Part shown: positions 58,908 through 64,000 of the stretch, piece after piece
Numbering within the stretch: the first letter of the stretch is position 1
How the letters are laid out: every line of letters starts with the position of its first letter
NCBI GenBank assembly: GCA_051294375.1
Contig: CM119268.1
Coordinates: 4,441,162 to 4,505,161 of the forward strand
Source: Paraspadella gotoi
Lineage: Eukaryota > Animalia > Chaetognatha
Reading direction: 5' to 3'
DNA length: 64,000 nt
The notes under the pieces: model-generated
Database searches by the model: none
The model's input: only the letters and a program-made list of their open reading frames with translations
Told to the model about the DNA's origin: nothing
Position numbers and translations under genes: made by a program

Positions 58908-61900
58908 CCGAGGAGAGAGAGTACGACCCTAAAAATGGCTGCGACATCGAAAAAGCATGTTTTGAAGAATAGAGTAAACTCAAGGATACGCGTTTGCAAT
59001 TTTTTTTATTTGCTGCAAAGAGGCGTTTTTTTTCCTCCCGCTGAGCTGCCAAAGAGGCGAGTTTTCTGAACTTGATTCGATTTTTGTTTTTTAATTATTA
59101 CTTTTATGATTTGGTTCATGCAGCTGGTCCGTTTCCCTCGTTTCTTCTCAGATAGAGAGGAAATGATCGCCATGAACTTATCCATTCAGCCGCCCAAAGT
59201 CTGACCTTTTTCCATTTTTGACCCACAGAGTCCAGAATCACCGCAATCACCAGAATCAACCAGATTCACATTCCATCTCGCTGCACTCTGTTTTGCATGG
59301 CTGGAACCTTAACTTACTCACCCAATATCTTACTCCATGCGACAGCCTTTCATTTTGATAACTTACAATCGCTGCCATGACCCTACCATACCTTTACCTC
59401 ACCCAAGCTTCGCCTCAGTATTTTTGCCTCAACAAAATCGTTACAGTCAACAACACAACAGCAGCAACAACAACAACAACTTTCCTTTTTTCATTTTCTT
59501 TTTTTTCCTCGCCTTTTTTGTCGCGTCTCTCCCGATAATGCTTTTGCCAACCAATTCTCTCTCTCTCTCCTCTCTCTCTCTCTTCTCTCTCTCTGCTCTC
59601 TCTCTTCTCTCTCTCTCTTCTCTCTCTCTCTCTTCTCTCTCTTCTCTCTCTTCGTTGTTCTTTTCCTTCCCCCATACATATCCCGAGCACAACAGAATTT
59701 TAATTCTCTCTATTATTCCACTGCGCCATTCAACTTTAAGATGTTGTCGCCGTATTCTTCGTCGCGTCGTCGTCGTTCGTAGTCGTCGGACGACGTTCCC
59801 CTATTTCAGTGGATTGAAATCAATACTTTTTTTGTAAGTTTTTTTTTTTTTGAAAGAATTTAAGCGAATTATTAAATTATATTTTTGTAACATTTTTTTA
59901 AAATAACTGTTGTTTTATTAAAAGACCGACTAATTACGTAGCTTATTGTTTGAGGGAGGAAATTTGTGAAAGTTTGAATAAAAATGTTTATATGTTAAGT
60001 CCAGCTTGAAGTTGAAAAGCGTCCGCCTTGGGTCATAATATTCAGTCGGTAAGACAGAGGATTAATTGGGATTCAGGATCTTTGATTTTTTTGTAATAAA
60101 TCGAATTGCTTCTCTGTGAAAACACTCAACGTGACTAACCTTCATCCATCCAATTAAACATGTGTGTCTATCTCATTTCAACGACTAAGGTTTCAGATTA
60201 ATGCTCGGAAACCTGTTTGCCCAGTAAATTTTTTTTCTCAGAGAGATCCATCTCCATTTTGGTTCTTCTTTTACGAGGTGCCCCATTTCAAGTCATATTC
60301 AGAATTAAGTTTGTTTTTAGGTTGATAACTTAGGTTAGGGCTTAGGGATACGGAGTAGGATAGGGATTAGGGTTAGGGATTAGCGCTAGCTTTAGGGCTA
60401 AGGCTTTACTGTTGGATAAAACTTTTACGAAGAGATTAGAGCCAGATATTGACGCGAATTAAATTTAAAGATAGGAATCTAAATGGGGCGCTCACGGAAA
60501 ATATACCCTTATTCCTAAGTTTTCTTTATATTTTTTTTTGCTATTCCTTCTTTTTTTTTTTATTATTTCCTTTTTTCTTCCTCCTTCTCTTCCTTCTTTT
60601 TTCTGAATTAGATTTGCTTCGCTTTTCCCCTCAGTTATTCTGTCATTCGATCGCTCGTTCCGTTTGGTCTGTTAGTCTTTCTTGGAAACATTTTAAGTCG
60701 CTCTATTCCAATTTAAAGATGGAATTAAAGAAACTAAGCTTTATGCTTAATAGATGAAGTTATTTTAAAACGATATCGTCATTTAAAAATACGAACTAAA
60801 TGTCTCTTATTTATCTGCATCATTAATTTAATACAATACAATTGAGGTTACATTACATTATCTTTTTTCACTTCTCACTCTAATCTCTTCTCTCTGCTTT
60901 GTTTTGCCTTGCTTTTTTTAGCTTTGCTTTCTTTGTTTGCTTCGCTTTGTTTTTCTTTGTTTTGCTTTGCTTTGCTTGGTTTGGCTTTGATTTTTTTTCC
61001 TAACCACTACTTTTTTTTCCTTTCTTTCCTTTCCTATTCTTCCTTCCTTTCCTTTCCTTTCCTTTCCTTTCCTTTCCTTTTCCTTCCTTTCCTTTCCTTT
61101 CCTCTCTTTCCTTTCTCCCTTATTTTTCCCTTCCAGTTCTATCCTATTCCTATTCTATTCAGTTTCCAAAAATATTTCTTTTCCTTTCCTTTCCTTTCTT
61201 TCTTTCCTTTCCTTTCCTTTCCTTTCCTTTCCTTCCTATTCTTTCCTTTCCTTTCCTTTCCTTTCCTTTCCTCTCCTTTTCTCTTTTTCCTTCCTTTCCT
61301 TTCCTTTCCTTTCTCTTTCTTTCTCTTTCCACCTTCTTCTCTCCTCATTTTTTCCCTTCAGTTTCTCAGTCATCTTCCAACGCCATTCCATTACAATCAT
61401 TACCATTCTACTCCGGTGCGGCGGAGACGACGACGACGCGACAGTGACGCATACATTTCCGCCCGTCTTCGTCGTCTTCAAAGTTAAATCGTCGGTCGGA
61501 ATGTCGCAGTCATCATCTTCATCGTCGTCGTCATCATGCCTTTGCATGCTCGTCCTTTTTTCGTCGTCGCCGCGTCACCGTCATCATTTTCATCATCATC
61601 ATCATCGTTATCGTCGTCTTCATCGTCGTCGTCCTCTGTCTTGGTCGCAGTCACGACAGCGACTGACCCGGAGGCCGAGACTGGTCGACCCCGACGCGAA
61701 TTGCGCGACCGAGTTTTGGGAAGCTTGACTTCTCCACTTCTCTCTCATCTATCTCGCTCTCTCTTTCTGTTGTTTCTCTCACTTTCTCTCTCTCTCTCTA
61801 TCTGTCTATCTACATCTTACCATCTTTCTCAATATTTTTAGGTACTTTGCCTTCTATCTTATCTCCTTTGTCCCTTTTCTTTTTTTCCATCTTCCTCGCG

Positions 61901-63173
61901 TTTCTTTTTTTTTTCTCCTTTTTCTCCCTTTTCTTTCCTCCTTTCTCCTTTCCTTTCCTTTCTTTCCTCGCGCTCTCCTCTCTTTCCTTTTTACATTTCT
62001 TTTTTTTTGCCTCCTTTCTTCTCTGTTTTCTCCCATATCTTTGCTTTATTTTTCCTCCCGTCCTCTCCTCTTTCCTCTTAATTTTCTTTCCTCCTCTTTT
62101 CTTTCTTTTTCCTTTCCTCCTTCCTCCCTTTTATTCCTATCCTCCAAACTTTCCTCTTTTTCCTTTCCTACTTTTCCTTTTTTTCCCCTCCTCATTTCCT
62201 CTCTTTCCTTTCCTCTTTTTTCCTTTCTCTTTCTTTCCTCTCTTTCATTTCTTCCTTTTTTTTCCTTTCCTCTTTTCTTATCCATTCCTTTCCTCCTCCT
62301 TTTCCTCTCTTTCTTTCTCCTTCCTCTTTTTACTTCCTTTTCTTTCCTCCATCTTCGCTCGAGAAAAAAAATTACGTTTTCTCCTCGAGATCAAGTCGAG
62401 ATTCGTGAAGAGATGTTCCGATCTGACAGAATCGATTGACAGGGCATCGAAGGAGATGGCATCGAAGGAATGGCATCGAAGGAGATTGGCATCGAAGGAG
62501 ATCGCATCAAAGGAGATGGCAATCGAATAACAGGGCATCGAAAGAGTGGCATCGAAGGAGATTGGCATCAAGGAGATTGCATCGAATGATATGGCATCAA
62601 AGAAGATGGCATCGAAGGAGATGGCATCGAAGGAGATGGCATCGAAAAGAGATTGCATCAAAGGAGATTGCATCGAAGGAGATGGCATCGAAGGAAGATG
62701 GCATCCGAAGGAGATGGCATCGAAGGAGATTGCATCAAAGGAAATTCGAGGATGCATCGAGGGAAATGGCAATCGAAGGAGATGGCTCGAAGGAGAAGGC
62801 ATCGAGTAACAGGGAAATCGAAGGAGATGGCATAGACCGAGAGATGGGTAAAAGGAAGATGACATAAAATGATGGAGATTGCTCTGATGGATAGGGGCAT
62901 TTATAGATATAAAATGAAAGAGGTTATTATAGGAAGCGAGCGGGATATTAAGGGAGTGGCATTGAAAATAAAAGAACTAGAGACGGCATCAAATATGCTT
63001 TGTAATACTACTAATGCCCTACATCTACTAATATACTATATAACTACTGAAACTACTACTACTACTATCCATGACTTTACTACTAATATTCTTTTAAAAA
63101 AAAAATATTTTCATAAAGAGAATCTAATCATTTGCAGCCGTGTCCAAAATTGTAGACAAGCTCACAAACAGGC

Positions 63174-63233
<60 letters not shown>

Positions 63234-63352
63234 AAGCAAGACCCGTTTGACCCCGAGCTCAAGAAACCGAAATCGCTTTGTCCATTTTCTCTCTTCCTTT
63301 TAGCTTAAAAAAGGGAACGAAGCCCCGCTGCCCCTTCGCCCCGCTGAAAGAA

Positions 63353-63412
<60 letters not shown>

Positions 63413-63540
63413 GAGAGAGATATGTACAAACGCCCGCTTCTTCCGTCCATCATTTCCACATCCTACACCGTTTTCCCTCCATTGCTCCTGTAAAAAGAGA
63501 GAGAAGAGAGGAGAGAGATGAGAGTGGAGAGAGAGAGAGA

Positions 63541-63575
<35 letters not shown>

Positions 63576-64000
63576 GAGAAAGAAACGGGTCTAATCCGAT
63601 ATTGGTCGTTACCATGCCAACGGCCGAGCTGAGCTCCCGGCGGAGAAACGCCGAGGCCAACACGATATGAGCAGCCCCGGTCACGTGGTCGATTAAGCAA
63701 TTCGAATCCGGTCTGAGAGGTCCGGGGTTGAGGCCGGGTTCGGTTAAAGAGAGAGAAGGCTTTGTGCTGATAGGAAGAGGTGGCATTTTTAGAGAGTGAG
63801 AGTATAAGAGAGCCCTTGTCATGAATAACGATTATTACCATGACATAAGGTACGACGACGACGACGACGACGACGATGTCAACGACGACCAAGACGATTA
63901 AGGTCGTGAAAGCTATTTGATGATGGGAGAAAAGACGACGACGACGACGACGACGACGATGTCAACGACCGACCAGACGATTAAGGTCGTGACAGCTATT
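54389..64000. repeat. Noisy contiguous copy of 28362-34366 joined to 46620-50275
   Basis: Collinear match. It reads straight through gtaggatagggattaggg at 60355-60372 and contains no Polinton island at the poly-T near 59505. Confidence 0.9.

Overview
Repeat-saturated animal (metazoan-type) genomic DNA from a gap-filled draft assembly. Most ORFs in the track are (CT/GA)n, (GAC)n or (TTTC)n artefacts. About half of the window is near-identical, indel-noisy duplication, mostly hinged on gaps of exactly 25 N, and is probably assembly redundancy. Two microsatellite-poor, single-copy islands (38.2-45.0 kb and 52.4-54.4 kb) read, after manual frameshift correction, as pieces of a Polinton/Maverick virus-like element. 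They carry a retroviral-like integrase, a penton-like minor capsid, a basic protein, a double jelly-roll major capsid gene apparently split by about 6 short spliceosomal introns, and an adenain-like cysteine protease. Also present: a multi-exon gene for a small secreted amphipathic protein, a 15-bp repeat whose variation is synonymous for a minus-strand (DAISF)n protein, a 174-bp hairpin with a degenerate minimal hammerhead-like motif, and Helentron/HINE-like, MITE, LINE, Penelope and tRNA-derived relics. All protein assignments come from motif recognition by eye; no searches were run.
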